DNA of 63,127 nt, filler included, from Collodictyon triciliatum (Eukaryota), in assembly GCA_043381765.1 (NCBI GenBank). It is 45 parts of 45 records of this genome, joined end to end, with 100 filler letters (N's around TTAATTAATTAA, not from the genome) between each part and the next. Parts side by side here need not be neighbours in the genome. Positions count along the whole stretch, not along the records: positions 38,026 to 39,329 come from JBHJMP010011487.1; positions 39,430 to 40,733 come from JBHJMP010011488.1; positions 40,834 to 42,136 come from JBHJMP010011489.1; positions 42,237 to 43,538 come from JBHJMP010011490.1; positions 43,639 to 44,940 come from JBHJMP010011491.1; positions 45,041 to 46,340 come from JBHJMP010011492.1; positions 46,441 to 47,743 come from JBHJMP010011493.1; positions 47,844 to 49,144 come from JBHJMP010011494.1; 37 more parts are not named here. One strand, written 5' to 3'. Under the pieces are notes generated by a model, which saw nothing but the letters and a program-made list of their open reading frames with translations, had not been told where the DNA came from and did not search any database. A program made the translations under genes and the position numbers. Below are positions 38,028 to 52,044 of this stretch, in pieces. The stretch's first letter is position 1. Every line of letters begins with the position of its first letter.

Positions 38028-39329
38028 CAGTCTCAGTCTCAGTCTCAGTCTCAGTCCCAATCCCAATCCCAATCTCAATCTCAATCTCAGTCCCAATCCC
38101 AATCCCAATCCCAATCCCAATCCCAATCCCAATCCCAATCCCAATCCCAGTCTCAATCTCAATCCCAATCTCAATCTCAGTCTCAATCTCAATCCCAATC
38201 TCAGTCTCAGTCTCTGTCTCAATCTCAATCCCAATCTCAGTCTCAGTCTCAGTCTCAGACTCAATCCCAATCTCAATCTCAATCTCAGACTCAATCTCAA
38301 TCCCAATCCCAATCTCAATCTCAATCTCAATCCCAATCTCAGTCTCAGTCTCAGTCTCAGTCTCAGTCTCAGTCTCAGTCTCAGTCTCAGTCTCAATCCC
38401 AATCCCAATCCCAATCTCTGTCTCAGACTCAATCTCAATCTCAATCCCAATCTCAGTCTCAGTCTCAGTCTCAATCTCACTCTCAGTCTCAATCTAAGTC
38501 TCAATCCCAATCCCAGTCTCAATCTCAATCTCAGTCTCAATCCCAATCTCAGTCTCAGTCTCAATCCCAATCACAGTCTCAATCCCAATCTCAGTCTCAG
38601 TCTCTGTCTCAATCCCAATCCCAGTCTCAATCTCAATCCCAATCCCAATCCCAATCCCAATCTCAGTCTCAATCCCAATCTCAGTCTCAATCCCAATCTC
38701 AGTCTCAATCCCAATCCCAGTCTCAATCCCAATCCCAATCCCAATCCCAATCCCAATCACAGTCTCAATCCCAATCTCAGTCTCATTCTCAGTCTCAATC
38801 CCAGTCCCAATCTCAGTCTCAATCCCAATCTCAATCTCAGTCTCAGTCTCAGTCTCAATCCCAATCTCAGTCTCAGTCTCAATCCCAATCACAGTCTCAA
38901 TCCCAATCTCAGTCTCAGTCTCAGTCTCAGTCTCAGTCTCAGTCTCAGTCTCAGTCTCAATCCCAATCTCAATCTCAGTCTCAGTCTCAATCCCAGTCTC
39001 AGTCTCAGTCTCAGTCTCAATCCCAATCTCAGACTCAATCTCAATCCCAATCCCAATCTCAGTCTCAATCTAAATCCCAATCCCAATCCCAATCCCAATC
39101 TCTGTCTCAGTCTCAATCCCAGTCTCAGTCTCAGTCTCAATCTCAGTCTCAATCCCAATCTCAATCTCAGTCTCAGTCTCAATCCCAGTCTCAGTCTCAG
39201 TCTCAATCCCAATCACAGTCTCAGTCTCTGTCTCAATCCCAATCCCAATCCCAATCCCAATCTCAGTCTCAATCCCAATCTCAGTCTCAGTCTCAATCCC
39301 AATCACAGTCTCAATCCCAATCTCAGTCT
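38028..39329 (+). repeat. Hexamer mosaic repeat TCYCAR reading (Ser-Gln)n over ~434 codons
   Basis: Units TCTCAG/TCTCAA/TCCCAA/TCCCAG/TCACAG; hexamer phase consistent from end to end. Confidence 0.9.
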
Positions 39330-39587
39330 NNNNNNNNNNNNNNNNNNNNNNNNNNNNNNNNNNNNNNNNNNNNTTAATTAATTAANNNNNNNNNNNNNNN
39401 NNNNNNNNNNNNNNNNNNNNNNNNNNNNNATGTTTTTTATGTTTTTTATGTTTTTTATGTTTTTTATGTTTTTTATGTTTTTTATGTTTTTTATGTTTTT
39501 TATGTTTTTTATGTTTTTTATGTTTTTTATTTTCATAGTTTTGTTTTGTTTATGTTAAAATTTCTGCAGAAGAATCACACGCACTTG

Positions 39588-40733
39588 ATGAAAATTGCGG
39601 CTGTGCAAAACCCCTCCGAGGAACAAAAAGTCACGTTTTCACAGGCTTGGCCAGAGGAATATCCTGGGAACAGCGTCGCATGTGCTCCAAAAGAAATAGG
39701 GGTATCACCAGCAGTCCCTATTGAGCCTGCCAGTGGTTATGAAAGAATGGAAGGAAACAAATCAGCAATTATTTTACAGATTCGTAAAAGTGAAACGTTG
39801 GTTGAGCGTCGTAGGACTGTGCTTATTGAACTAATCAGCAATCAACGAGTATCTGAGATTGTCATCGCTTTTTATCGCATAAAAAGTGTGCAATTATTTT
39901 TCACCCCAATCTTGTGGTTTATTTGCACAATTGTGTGTCTTTCAGTGTGCTTCGGTAAGCCGCTTGTCTCTCCGCCAGCTTATGTACCGCTTCAAATCAT
40001 ATGCATTCTTAATTTCTTTTGCAACCATTTCATCTACATGCGAGTGGATATCATCAAAGCACTGGCAAAATCTTTCAACTTCTGGTTTCTAGTTTTCAAT
40101 CTCTCATCTGCATCTCTGTGCTTTATATTGTTATGGGGATACAGTCTTGTTTCCGTATGCGCGGCAATTCATTTTCTGTGTAGCCTTCTTTTCATGACTC
40201 TTTACGACTCTCATTCTAAAAGAACCTCAAGGCTGATGGTCATGTCTAGCCTTTTGGCATTTCTGGGCATCTGTCCTGCCATTCCCATTCTGTCCTTGAG
40301 CCTGACAAAGTTTGAGACAGAGGCGGTCTATTTGGGCTCTGGAATTGAGATTGTCAACATCAGACTTCAGGCTCTTGACAATTTGACCACATTGATTATG
40401 TATCTCATTCGTATATTCTATACCCAAGTTATTCGTAAGAAACCAAATACAATCACATTCTTGTCCGAGTTTTATGAAATCCTTGCCGATGGCCAGTATC
40501 AAAACCAAGCGACCAACACGACCAATTTCTCTATCCAAAACAAGCAGGAAGCAGGTCCCTCTGGGGCGCAGCATGAAACAGAGCTCTCCGAGATGAATTC
40601 GCAACCAATCGCGCCCAAAGATATGGATGCGCGTCAAAACCAAAACCAAAACCAAAACCAAAACCAAAACCAAAACCAAAACCAAAACCAAAACCAAAAC
40701 CAAAACCAAAACCAAAACCAAAACCAAAACCAA
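39588..40733 (+). CDS. Intronless multi-pass membrane protein with C-terminal (QN)n; 3' end truncated
   Basis: ~380 open codons with about 6-7 hydrophobic segments. Confidence 0.75.
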
Positions 40734-40833
40734 NNNNNNNNNNNNNNNNNNNNNNNNNNNNNNNNNNNNNNNNNNNNTTAATTAATTAANNNNNNNNNNN
40801 NNNNNNNNNNNNNNNNNNNNNNNNNNNNNNNNN

Positions 40834-40931
<98 letters not shown>

Positions 40932-41827
40932 TTACTATTATTCTTACTATTATTCTTACTATTATTCTTACTATTATTCTTACTATTATTCTTACTTTTT
41001 TAAAATATTTGATATGAAGACAACGGTTTATAATTTACCGATTCATTTATCTATATTCAATCCTAAACCCAACTTGTAAAATGGACATTCATCGTTATAG
41101 TCCACTTTATTCGTGTGGCTGTCTTATAAAAAAAAAAAAACTATATTCTTAATCACTGTAACAGCCCCAACATACATATTAATATGTTAATCTTAACATG
41201 ATACTGCAAAACATCGCATAGTGTTTTTTTTTTATGCGCTGCATCTTTGATTCTAATCACTAAACTATTAACATTCACAGGAAGATTGAACCTTCAAGAA
41301 CTTACATCTCCTTACTCCGATATCTGGACTCACTCACTCTGTATATTGCGGGAAATATGCTTTTTCGTAAGTCTATATTACTTTTTCCTTCTACCATCGA
41401 ACCTTCCTCCAAAATGTTATATGCTTTCAAATATTATGAATTTTATGATATGCCTTGTAAGATATATTGGAATTTCAATAATATTGTGCCTAGAGGGAAT
41501 CGCATGTATCCTTTTTACAAGATATGCTATGGCACGTCCCATTACAAATATGAATCGTAGGACCGAGACTTCATGTCATCTGTGACGCTGAACAACGATG
41601 CTGTCATCAAGAAGCTATTTCTATTCATGGTGGCTTACAATGAGTATCTGCCGAGCAGAACATGATATTTAAATTTTTCGATATGTAATATTGCTATTAT
41701 GGCTTATCTATATATGTATGGCACAGGAGAAAAAGGCATTTTTAGACCATTCTGTGTCACTGCTTCAAGGACTGCTCAATTCAAGGCGAATTACACTCGA
41801 CCTTTTGGAAATACGTATGATATTCAT

Positions 41828-41887
41828 TATTTTTTTATTCTTTCTTTCAATTTTGTGCAGGATAGTGGATATGTTAGCTATGGTTCG
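41828..41887 (-). mobile_element. 60-bp family B-like tail insertion with perfect 15-bp TSD
   Basis: acgtatgatattcat at 41813-41827 and 41888-41902. The insert aligns to 6411-6460. Confidence 0.92.
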
Positions 41888-42028
41888 ACGTATGATATTC
41901 ATATAAATGCATCTAAACGAACCGATTATTGGATTTTCTTTTTCTTCATTTTTTGCTTATTATTATTATTATTCTTATTCTTATTATTCTTATTTTTATT
42001 ATTATTTTTATTATTATTTTTATTATTA

Positions 42029-42136
<108 letters not shown>

Positions 42137-42236
42137 NNNNNNNNNNNNNNNNNNNNNNNNNNNNNNNNNNNNNNNNNNNNTTAATTAATTAANNNNNNNN
42201 NNNNNNNNNNNNNNNNNNNNNNNNNNNNNNNNNNNN

Positions 42237-43538
42237 TCAAACTCCGGCTCATATAGCATCATTTCATGTATTGAGTGTCCACAAGGTACTTGGAATGATA
42301 GAGATGGTCAAGCATCATGCACATCATGTCCAGCTGGTACATTCAACAACAAAACGGGCTCACATAACCAATCAGCATGCATTGAATGTTCAAATGGAAG
42401 TTATAGCTTATCTGGGAGCTCATCATGCAGTCTATGCTCACCAGGATTCTATCAAAAAGAAGGAATCACAAAAGACTCAAAATCATGCTATGCTTGTCCA
42501 AAAGGCTCATTCAACTCAAACTTCGGCTCATATGGATATAAATCGTGCATTGAATGTCCACAAGGTACTTGGAATGATAGAGATGGTCAGGCATCATGCA
42601 CATCGTGTCCAGCTGGTACATACAACAACAAATCTGGCTCATTCGATTATTCATCATGCATATTGTGCCCAGATGGAAGCTATAGCTCAGAAAGGAGCTC
42701 TTTATGCAGTTTGTGCTTATCAGGATTCTATCAAAAAGAAAACATCACAAAAGACTCAAATTCATGCTATGCTTGTCTAAAAGGCACATTCAACTCAAAC
42801 TACGGCTCCTATGGAAATAAATCATGCATTGAATGTCCACAAGGCACTTGGAACGATAGATATGGTCAAGCATCATGTACATCATGTCCATCTGGTACAT
42901 TCAACAATATAACTGGCTCATACAAACAATCATCATGCATTACATGTCCAAAGGGAAGCTACAGCTCAGAGAGAAGCTTATCGTGCACTTTGTGCTCATC
43001 AGGATACTTTCAAAAAGAGGGAAAGATAAAAGACTCAAAATCATGTAATGCTTGTCCAAAAGGCACATTCAACTCAAACTCCGGCTCATATGGAAATAGT
43101 TCATGCATCGAATGTCCACAAGGTACTTGGAATGATAGGGATGGTCAAGCATCGTGTACATCATGTCCAGCTGGTACATACAATAATAAAACTGGCTCAT
43201 TTAATCAATCATCATGCATTTCATGTCCAAATGGAAGCTACAGCTCAGAAAGAAGCGCATCATGCAACTTATGTCCCACTCGCTCAACGACAACGAAAGA
43301 AGCCTCTGATTCAATCAATAATTGCACGTGCTTATATTCTTACATATTATTCAATGGCGCTTGCACGTGCCCTTTGGGACAGTTTGAGGACGGAAATATA
43401 TGTGTTCCATGCAGACTTAGTTCATACAAATCAACAAATGGCACGAATTTCTGCCTTTCATGCGGAGATAAGTTTACGACAAAAAATAATGGCTCGATTA
43501 CTTCAACCGATTGTGTTTGTAGTACTGGATTTGAAATC
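42237..43538 (+). CDS. Cysteine-rich surface protein (GCC2_GCC3/ephrin-receptor-like CxxCPxGT repeats), open at both ends
   Basis: Single frame across the contig; 279-bp (93-aa) higher-order repeat starting at 42273, 42552, 42831 and 43110. Confidence 0.9.
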
Positions 43539-43638
43539 NNNNNNNNNNNNNNNNNNNNNNNNNNNNNNNNNNNNNNNNNNNNTTAATTAATTAANNNNNN
43601 NNNNNNNNNNNNNNNNNNNNNNNNNNNNNNNNNNNNNN

Positions 43639-44676
43639 CATTCATTTAGGCAAAATTCATTTGAATCCTGTGTGATTGACTTTGTAAGAGTGGTTTTTCC
43701 TGTCTCACCTTCTCCTAGTAACAATAATCTTCCTTGCCTCCATTTTGATATACCTTGAGCTGATGCCAGAAGGAAGTCAAAAATGGCCTGTGATCCTTTT
43801 TTCAACACATTTTTCGGAACATTTTTGATTGGATTCCCGCAAAGAACTAGGCCGTTTCTTAGGGCTTTGTTAAAGCCAATGAATAAGGGTATTTCTTCGA
43901 TCTATATAGACAAGGCAAACCGTTGAATAGACTATTTTAATTGCAATAGAAGAATGTATGCTTAATGACACTAGTCATTCTATTTGCTTTAAAATCCATT
44001 TGTCTACACATATAAAATAAACAACAGTATATACCTGATTAAAAGACATATTCAGTTTTTCTAGGTGTACGAGATTAGAAATGGCCCTGGGAACTTCTGT
44101 AAGCTAATATGATAATAAAGTTAAGTAACACAACAAATACATAAGGGGTCAGAAAGGAATATAGAACACGAATTTAAATTAGTATATTAGGAAAACCTGG
44201 GCTTGAGATATATCGAGATACTTAATCCATAACATTTTTCCAAACCACTCGTTATTATAGTTAATCTACATTTTGTTTTTAAAAGTAAAGGAATAGACAT
44301 CAAAATTTATAGGCGATTTCATAATCAATTTGGTATTTCGATTCCAAAATTATGGTATTAGAAAATCACATTATTTGCAGACGCGTCCAAATACTTAATC
44401 GAGGTCATTACAGACAGAATTTCAGGCAATTCTGTAAACTATCAAATACATAAGATGAGTTAGATAATTGATCACATGCGTTCAAAATTTTGTTTCTTTG
44501 CTATTTACAGAGAGTTTAATACTTGCCTTATTATGACTAATACTCAGATGCGTCAAATTTGTTAAACATCGAAGACTCGGAGGCAATACAGATACGTTCA
44601 TTCCATAAAAGCTGAGCAACTGAAAATCTGTTTGTTTTTCGCTGGGAATCCACCCTGGCTCCATAGCTTCGTTACC
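43639..44676 (-). CDS. LRR-ROC (ROCO family) protein fragment
   Basis: Short LRR exons (LPPSLRCLTNLTHLSISHNK; LPEILSVMTSIKYLDAS), then LCGNPIKNVPKNVLKKGSQAIFDFL..RLLLLGEGETGKTTL. Confidence 0.88.
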
Positions 44677-45072
44677 CTATTACCCACGAAAAAAAAAGAG
44701 GGTTAATAATATAGCCCAATAAATATAATTTTTTATTATTGATTTATTTAAAAGAGGATTCTGGTCACCAAGAATTCATAGAGTTCCAATGAACGGATGT
44801 GCTCCCGATCCCCGTTGGTTGTATTCCAACAAGGTAGATTCTTTATTCCGTGAGGTGCTCTCTTGATGGTTTGCCCTGCTCCCGAATTTATCCAAAGTTC
44901 CTCCAAATTTGTGAGTCCTGTGATTTGCGGAGGGAGCTCTNNNNNNNNNNNNNNNNNNNNNNNNNNNNNNNNNNNNNNNNNNNNTTAATTAATTAANNNN
45001 NNNNNNNNNNNNNNNNNNNNNNNNNNNNNNNNNNNNNNNNTTCTGATTGGTTTTTTTTTTCATACAAACAGC

Positions 45073-45392
45073 TGTCAATATCCCTACAGAGCCGCTTCGA
45101 GCCTTATCTGCTGGACTCGGACGACACTCTGTCGACTAACTGCTGGCTGCTGCTCTATGTATCTTTCTTTGCAGCGCTTGTACAGCAGCTTGTGCCAGGG
45201 AACAACTGGATTTCGTTTGCAGTGGTCGGAGTGAATGCCGCCTTTATACTGTCGTTTGTGGTAACTTTTGCCAAGGAGATATTAGAATCCACAGTCGGGC
45301 TGTTCTTGATGGTCATGAAAAAGCTCTACTTCATCATTCCAGCAGTATGGCAAACGAGAGAGAAGGCTCCTTCAACCATGGAGATGATGTAG
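45073..45392 (+). CDS. Terminal exon of a multi-pass membrane protein
   Basis: LQSRFEPY..DDTL followed by two hydrophobic helices and a TAG stop. Confidence 0.5.
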
Positions 45393-45634
45393 CCACTAAT
45401 ATCAGCTATTCTTCAAGGCACATGGGATGAGAGAGAGCGATGGAGTCCGAGTGTGGAGAATAAACCTTATGACCCGGTGGGCTAGAAACTTAGCGTCTCT
45501 GAAAAGCTTGAAGTATGTTTATCTTTCGTTGGTACATAATATAATGACATAGACATGAGGGTGCAGAACGTATTGTTGAAATGGATAGCACGCGGAAAAC
45601 CATGGGCGCAAGGCAAGATTATATTGATGAGTGT

Positions 45635-46340
45635 CCTTTATAAAAGAAAGAGGATGCAACTGACCTCAGAGACTGGCGCCCGACATCGCTGCTCAACAAC
45701 GACTACAAGATATTTGCCTCAATCCTAAGAAACCCAATCTCTGATATCGCCGACAGGCTCATATCAAAGGAGTAAATAGGATTCATGCGTGGCAGGAACA
45801 TCGACACAAACATATGGCTCGTGAACAAGGAATACATGGAATATCAAGTCTCCAAAGACCCGCGCATCATGATATTTTACGACCTTGAAAAAGCGTATGA
45901 CTATGTGAACCATGAAGCCCTAGAAATCATCCTACAAAAGCGAGGATTCTGCTCAAAGTTCACCACACTTATCAAGAAGCTACACGACAACGCCGCAACT
46001 AGGGTTCTGACTGCACACGGCCCTACTGACATAATCCAGAGACAAAGCGGCGTCTACCAAGGATGCCCTCTGGCGCCGCTTCTCTTTAACTTTGTAGCCG
46101 ACTGCCTTGCAATCCACTTCAGAAACAACAACAAAATCCGCAACCAGTTCCTCCTGCAATATGCCGACGATACAGCCTTCATTCTTCGCTCCCCTGAAGG
46201 CGCTATCCTGGCAAATAAGTGTATGCAAGAATACACACTTGCAGTCGGAGGTAAAATCAACTTCAACAAAACAGACGGTATCCTATTCGGCCTACAGGAT
46301 GGTGGAATCCTACCAGAAAACATCGACTGGAAATACTCAA
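45635..46340 (+). mobile_element. LINE RT core fragment (diverged from family A; in-frame stop)
   Basis: DWRPTSLLNNDYKI, DLEKAYDYV, GVYQGCPLAPLLF, QYADD. Confidence 0.95.
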
Positions 46341-46644
46341 NNNNNNNNNNNNNNNNNNNNNNNNNNNNNNNNNNNNNNNNNNNNTTAATTAATTAANNNN
46401 NNNNNNNNNNNNNNNNNNNNNNNNNNNNNNNNNNNNNNNNAACAATAATAACAAAAAAAAATAATACAAATGAATCACCATCTTCTTGTACTATCTGAAA
46501 GGAAGAATAAAAGAGAAAAGAAAAACCAAAATAAAAACAAAAACAAAACAAAACAAAAATAACACAAAAACAAAAACAAAAAGAAAAAGAAAAAGAAAAG
46601 AAAAATAAAAAGAAAAATAAAAAGAAAAAGAAAAAGAAAAGAAA

Positions 46645-46675
<31 letters not shown>

Positions 46676-47473
46676 GAAAAAAAAAAAGAAAAATAAAAAG
46701 AAAAAGAAAAAGAAAAGAAAAAGAAAAAGAAAAAGAAAAAGAAAAAGAAAAAGAAAAAGAAAAAGAAAAAGAAAAAGAAAAAGTGAAATATAAGTGAAAT
46801 ATAAAACAAAACGCTGAGACGACAAGGGGAAAAAAAGAAAGAGGATAGCAGCCCAAGCAAAGATAAACCTTCTTGGGGTCGGTGGAGCGCCGCTGCCAGG
46901 ATCCATAGCGTTGAGCGTAGAGAGAGAGGTAAATCAGGTGTCTGGGGCCAACCATGACGATTTAGCAGACAGTTTTGAAGAGATGAAGCACAAGCATTGA
47001 AGGATGCGTATAGAAGAAGCGATCAGGAGCTTCACTTTCGATTTACATTACACGACACTTCTCGTCACAGACAGACGCAAAGGTTGCGAGGCGATTTACA
47101 ATAATTTCATCTTGAGGCAGACTTTCGTCCCACTTCATATCAGATCGGTCTTTCACTAACATCTTGACTTTTTTCCCCCTCCCTTTCGATTGTACTCATA
47201 AGGAGGCATTGTTTCGCCCATCAGACCTAACAGCATAGAGGTAACCAATAACTATTACAGACAGCTTCTAATAGTCCCCATAGCAACTCTTAGATGCTTG
47301 CGAGAGGAAGTTAACGGAATCAAAGCCCGCTTGAACCACCACGACGATTTTCGGATATTGTTTGCACATACAGGCATCCCATTATTTTGCTTCGGATAGA
47401 GGATAATATGGCTAATTCTTTCTAACTTATTTTAATTAGAGTGCATACCCTCCTTTCATTACACTATGTAGAA

Positions 47474-47743
47474 AGGCTGCCCGACGGAGTATACTGTGCT
47501 TTCTTTAATGAGGTCAAGGAATCCTTGGTGACTTTTCTGAATGGAATCACGTCTGGTGGCGACCTACCGCAAGGATTTACAGAGGCCACGGTGCGGCTGA
47601 TACCAAAGAAAGGAAACTCGAGCAATCTTGCAGACTGGCGGCCAATATCACTGTTGAATAACGACTATAAGATATTTACGACGCTACTCAGAAATCGCAT
47701 ATCACCCATCGCTGACAAACTCATATCCAAAGAGCAGATTGGT
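47474..47743 (+). mobile_element. LINE family A RT N-terminal fragment (5'-truncated)
   Basis: GFTEATVRLIPKKG..DWRPISLLNNDYKIF; matches 1417-1550 (-). Confidence 0.93.
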
Positions 47744-47872
47744 NNNNNNNNNNNNNNNNNNNNNNNNNNNNNNNNNNNNNNNNNNNNTTAATTAATTAAN
47801 NNNNNNNNNNNNNNNNNNNNNNNNNNNNNNNNNNNNNNNNNNNTTTGCGAACAGAAATACGTCCGACTCAAC

Positions 47873-48817
<945 letters not shown>

Positions 48818-49463
48818 GTATGTGACTAATTTTTCTGATGAATACGTTTGTATTATATCCATTGTATAATTTGACTGACCACAGAAGATTGATGGGAAAA
48901 TTAATTAATGGCTTATCTTCCTCTCTCTTCTTTTTCTTTTCTTCTTTTCTTCTTTTCTTCTTTTCTTCTTTTCTTCTTTTCTTCTTTTCTTCTTTTCTTC
49001 TTTTCTTCTTTTCCTCTTTTCCTCTTTTCTTCTTTTCTTCTTTTCCTCTTTTCTTCTTTTCTTCTTTTCTTCTTTTCTTCTTTTCTTCTTTTCTTCTTTT
49101 CTTCTTTTCTTCTTTTCTTCTTTTCTTCTTTTCTTCTTTTCTTCNNNNNNNNNNNNNNNNNNNNNNNNNNNNNNNNNNNNNNNNNNNNTTAATTAATTAA
49201 NNNNNNNNNNNNNNNNNNNNNNNNNNNNNNNNNNNNNNNNNNNNTCATTATTATCATCATTATTATCATCATTATTATCATCATTATTATCATCATTATT
49301 ATCATCATTATTATCATCATTATTATCATCATTATTATCATCATTATTATTATCATTATTATTATCATTATTATTATCATTATTATTATCATTATTTGAA
49401 AACTTGTCTGTTATATCGAGTGTATAGTCACTATTATCAACTCACATCATCATGAATGGTCAG

Positions 49464-50424
49464 TTGCTGGTATCGACCTTCCCGACTCTGAGCTGGACAA
49501 CGTAATCCACTTCATAGACACCGATCATAACGCCAAGTAAATCACGAATATCTTGTGCATATAATGTCGATTTGAGTAGAGTGTTAAATTGAAAACACAA
49601 AGTTAGGCATGTCTATTGCGTGTTTGGGCAACTTTATTTTAAATAAAGATTTATTTTATGTATGTAACGAAGGATATGCTACGCTGAATTTGTTGAAGCC
49701 TTTAAAGTGATCGACGTAAAAAAAGTTTGATTCTAATTGTATAAACTACCAGATTCACATAATTGTATCGACATCGTTGTCCAGTCGCTTATGTACATCC
49801 TTTTCATTTTACATGTAGCATACCAAGAACTGGCAGGAAGCCATCATTCGCCAAATGGTCGAAATTCTCTACTACAACAGGATTGGGCTTAAACACGCGT
49901 TTCGTTTTTTTGACCGTGATGCATCAGGTGGAATAAATATTTTTTCTTCTTCCTTTTTCTTTTTTCTTTTTTCTTTTTTCTTTTTTCTTTTTTCTTTTTT
50001 CTTTTTTCTTTTTTCTTTTTCTTTTTTCTTTTTTCTTTTTCTTTTCTTTCTTTTTAAACTTAATTACTCTGAATGCGGAGGTTTCTCACATCTTCTTGCT
50101 TTGCATCTAGGCAAAATCAGCGCCGACGAATTCCGAGAAAGCATGCGCGCACTTAACTTGGCACTGAGAGAGCCCCTCACCGATATGCAAATCGAGCAGC
50201 TGATTAAAGCCGTTGATTTGAATCGAGGTTTTTTTTTCTTGTCTTTTATTTTATTATTGGTGCATCTCTACTTTTGAAATAAAAAAAAAGGAGAAATCAT
50301 TATAAAAAATCATGTAATATCATGTCACACAGCACCAAACATAACCACACAATTTTTAGATGGCGAAATCGACTACAAGGAATTTTGCAGCTGTTTCTAT
50401 GTTAGCAGTGCCGAAGGGTGCTGA
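49464..50424 (+). CDS. EF-hand protein C-terminus, PPEF/rdgC-like (5 exons)
   Basis: IDTDHNAK|ICYAEF; FRFFDRDASG|KISADEF; AVDLNR|DGEIDYKEF; TGA at 50422. Confidence 0.8.
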
Positions 50425-50976
50425 GCATAATCACTCATGCCTGCGATGTGACCAAACCAAAACAAAGTACACCTATGAATCATCTCTGCGATTCAGAAAA
50501 GAGACATACGCAAATCTGAATCGCATCCATTTGTTTTGGTTTCTNNNNNNNNNNNNNNNNNNNNNNNNNNNNNNNNNNNNNNNNNNNNTTAATTAATTAA
50601 NNNNNNNNNNNNNNNNNNNNNNNNNNNNNNNNNNNNNNNNNNNNGAAAAGAAAAGAAAAGAAAAGAAAAGAAAAGAAAAGAAAAGAAAAGAAAAGAAAGG
50701 AAAAGAAAGGGAAAGAAAGGGAAAGAAAGGGAAAGAAAGGGAAAGAAAGGGAAAGAAAGGGAAAGAAAGGGAAAGAAAGGGAAAGAAAGGGAAAGAAAGG
50801 GAAAGAAAAGAAAAGAAAAGAAAGGGAAAGAAAAGAAAAGAAAGGGAAAGAAAAGAAAGGGAAAGAAAAAGAAAAAATATCATGCAATTCTCACCTGTGA
50901 CGGACGGCATTTGTGCAGACAAGACTTGGGAAGTTCACCAAACACAAAAGGGGAGTCTCTAAGATCTGACAGATAC

Positions 50977-51692
50977 CTAGAGGACCTTCAACTCGGAGGA
51001 GAGGAACCGAGGGGAAGCATACAGTACCTTCTCTAAGGGCATATACAATGACCCTAATGGATATGTATGTTCATGATTAAAAGCTGATTCTAATTCTGAT
51101 TCTTCTTTATTTAAGACAATAAAAAAAATGTAACAAAGGACCAACACCAGTGATTCATACACATAGCTCTTGATAAACACAAGACTCTAGAATAAATACG
51201 TATATACACATGATATATATAAGCTACTCTGAACAGTCCAATGTGGATAACCATGAGAAAAACTCTTCTTCACAGGTGGGCATTATGCGGCGGAGAAAGT
51301 CAACTTGTTCTGGGGTGATGCGGAAGGAATGGATGAAACGGATCTAATTCGGGTTAACTTCGTTCAGGAAAAAATTAAGTGGGGCTGCTGTGAAGTAATT
51401 ATGAAGGCTCTGATTTTCTGCAATTATGTGTAATGTTGTATGTATTAGACAGAGGACATATATCAATATAGTATAATCTTATTTATATTTTGAGTGAAAA
51501 TCTGAGTTCACATGAAGAGAAAAGTAAAAGGACATCATCAAACTTAAATAGAAATTTTAGATTACGAACCGCCTCTTCCAGCCCAGCAAAAATTGTAAAT
51601 TCTCCATGGAACGGGTTCTTACGAAAGTAGAGGTCAAACACAGAGGTGTCATTGTGTCTTTTATTCTTCCAATACGCGTATACCATAGTGAA
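50977..51692 (-). CDS. NAPRT: Nicotinate phosphoribosyltransferase exons
   Basis: [33 protein letters not shown]|..[37 protein letters not shown]. Confidence 0.95.
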
Positions 51693-52044
51693 CTGATTGA
51701 TAAGGATGAATTAATCAAGACTAGATATAAAAAAAACCGTAGGAATATTCAAAATTATGCTGACATAGGTTCCTCAACTTATAGAAACCAGAAAAATATG
51801 AAGGGAAGACGAGACAGATGTGCAAGTAGTACGCCAAACAATATATTCATGTATGTATGTATGTATGTATGTATGTATGTATGTATGTATGTATGTATGT
51901 ATGTATGTATGTATGTATGTATGTATGTATGTATGTATGTATGTNNNNNNNNNNNNNNNNNNNNNNNNNNNNNNNNNNNNNNNNNNNNTTAATTAATTAA
52001 NNNNNNNNNNNNNNNNNNNNNNNNNNNNNNNNNNNNNNNNNNNN

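Noticed and set aside
37974-39306. Minus-strand (RL/GL)n and (ET/GI)n ORFs
   Set aside because: Shadows of the hexamer repeat; variation is non-synonymous in these frames.
46393-46955. Poly-F/K/Y and similar ORFs at contig ends throughout the window
   Set aside because: Translations of microsatellites at assembly breakpoints.
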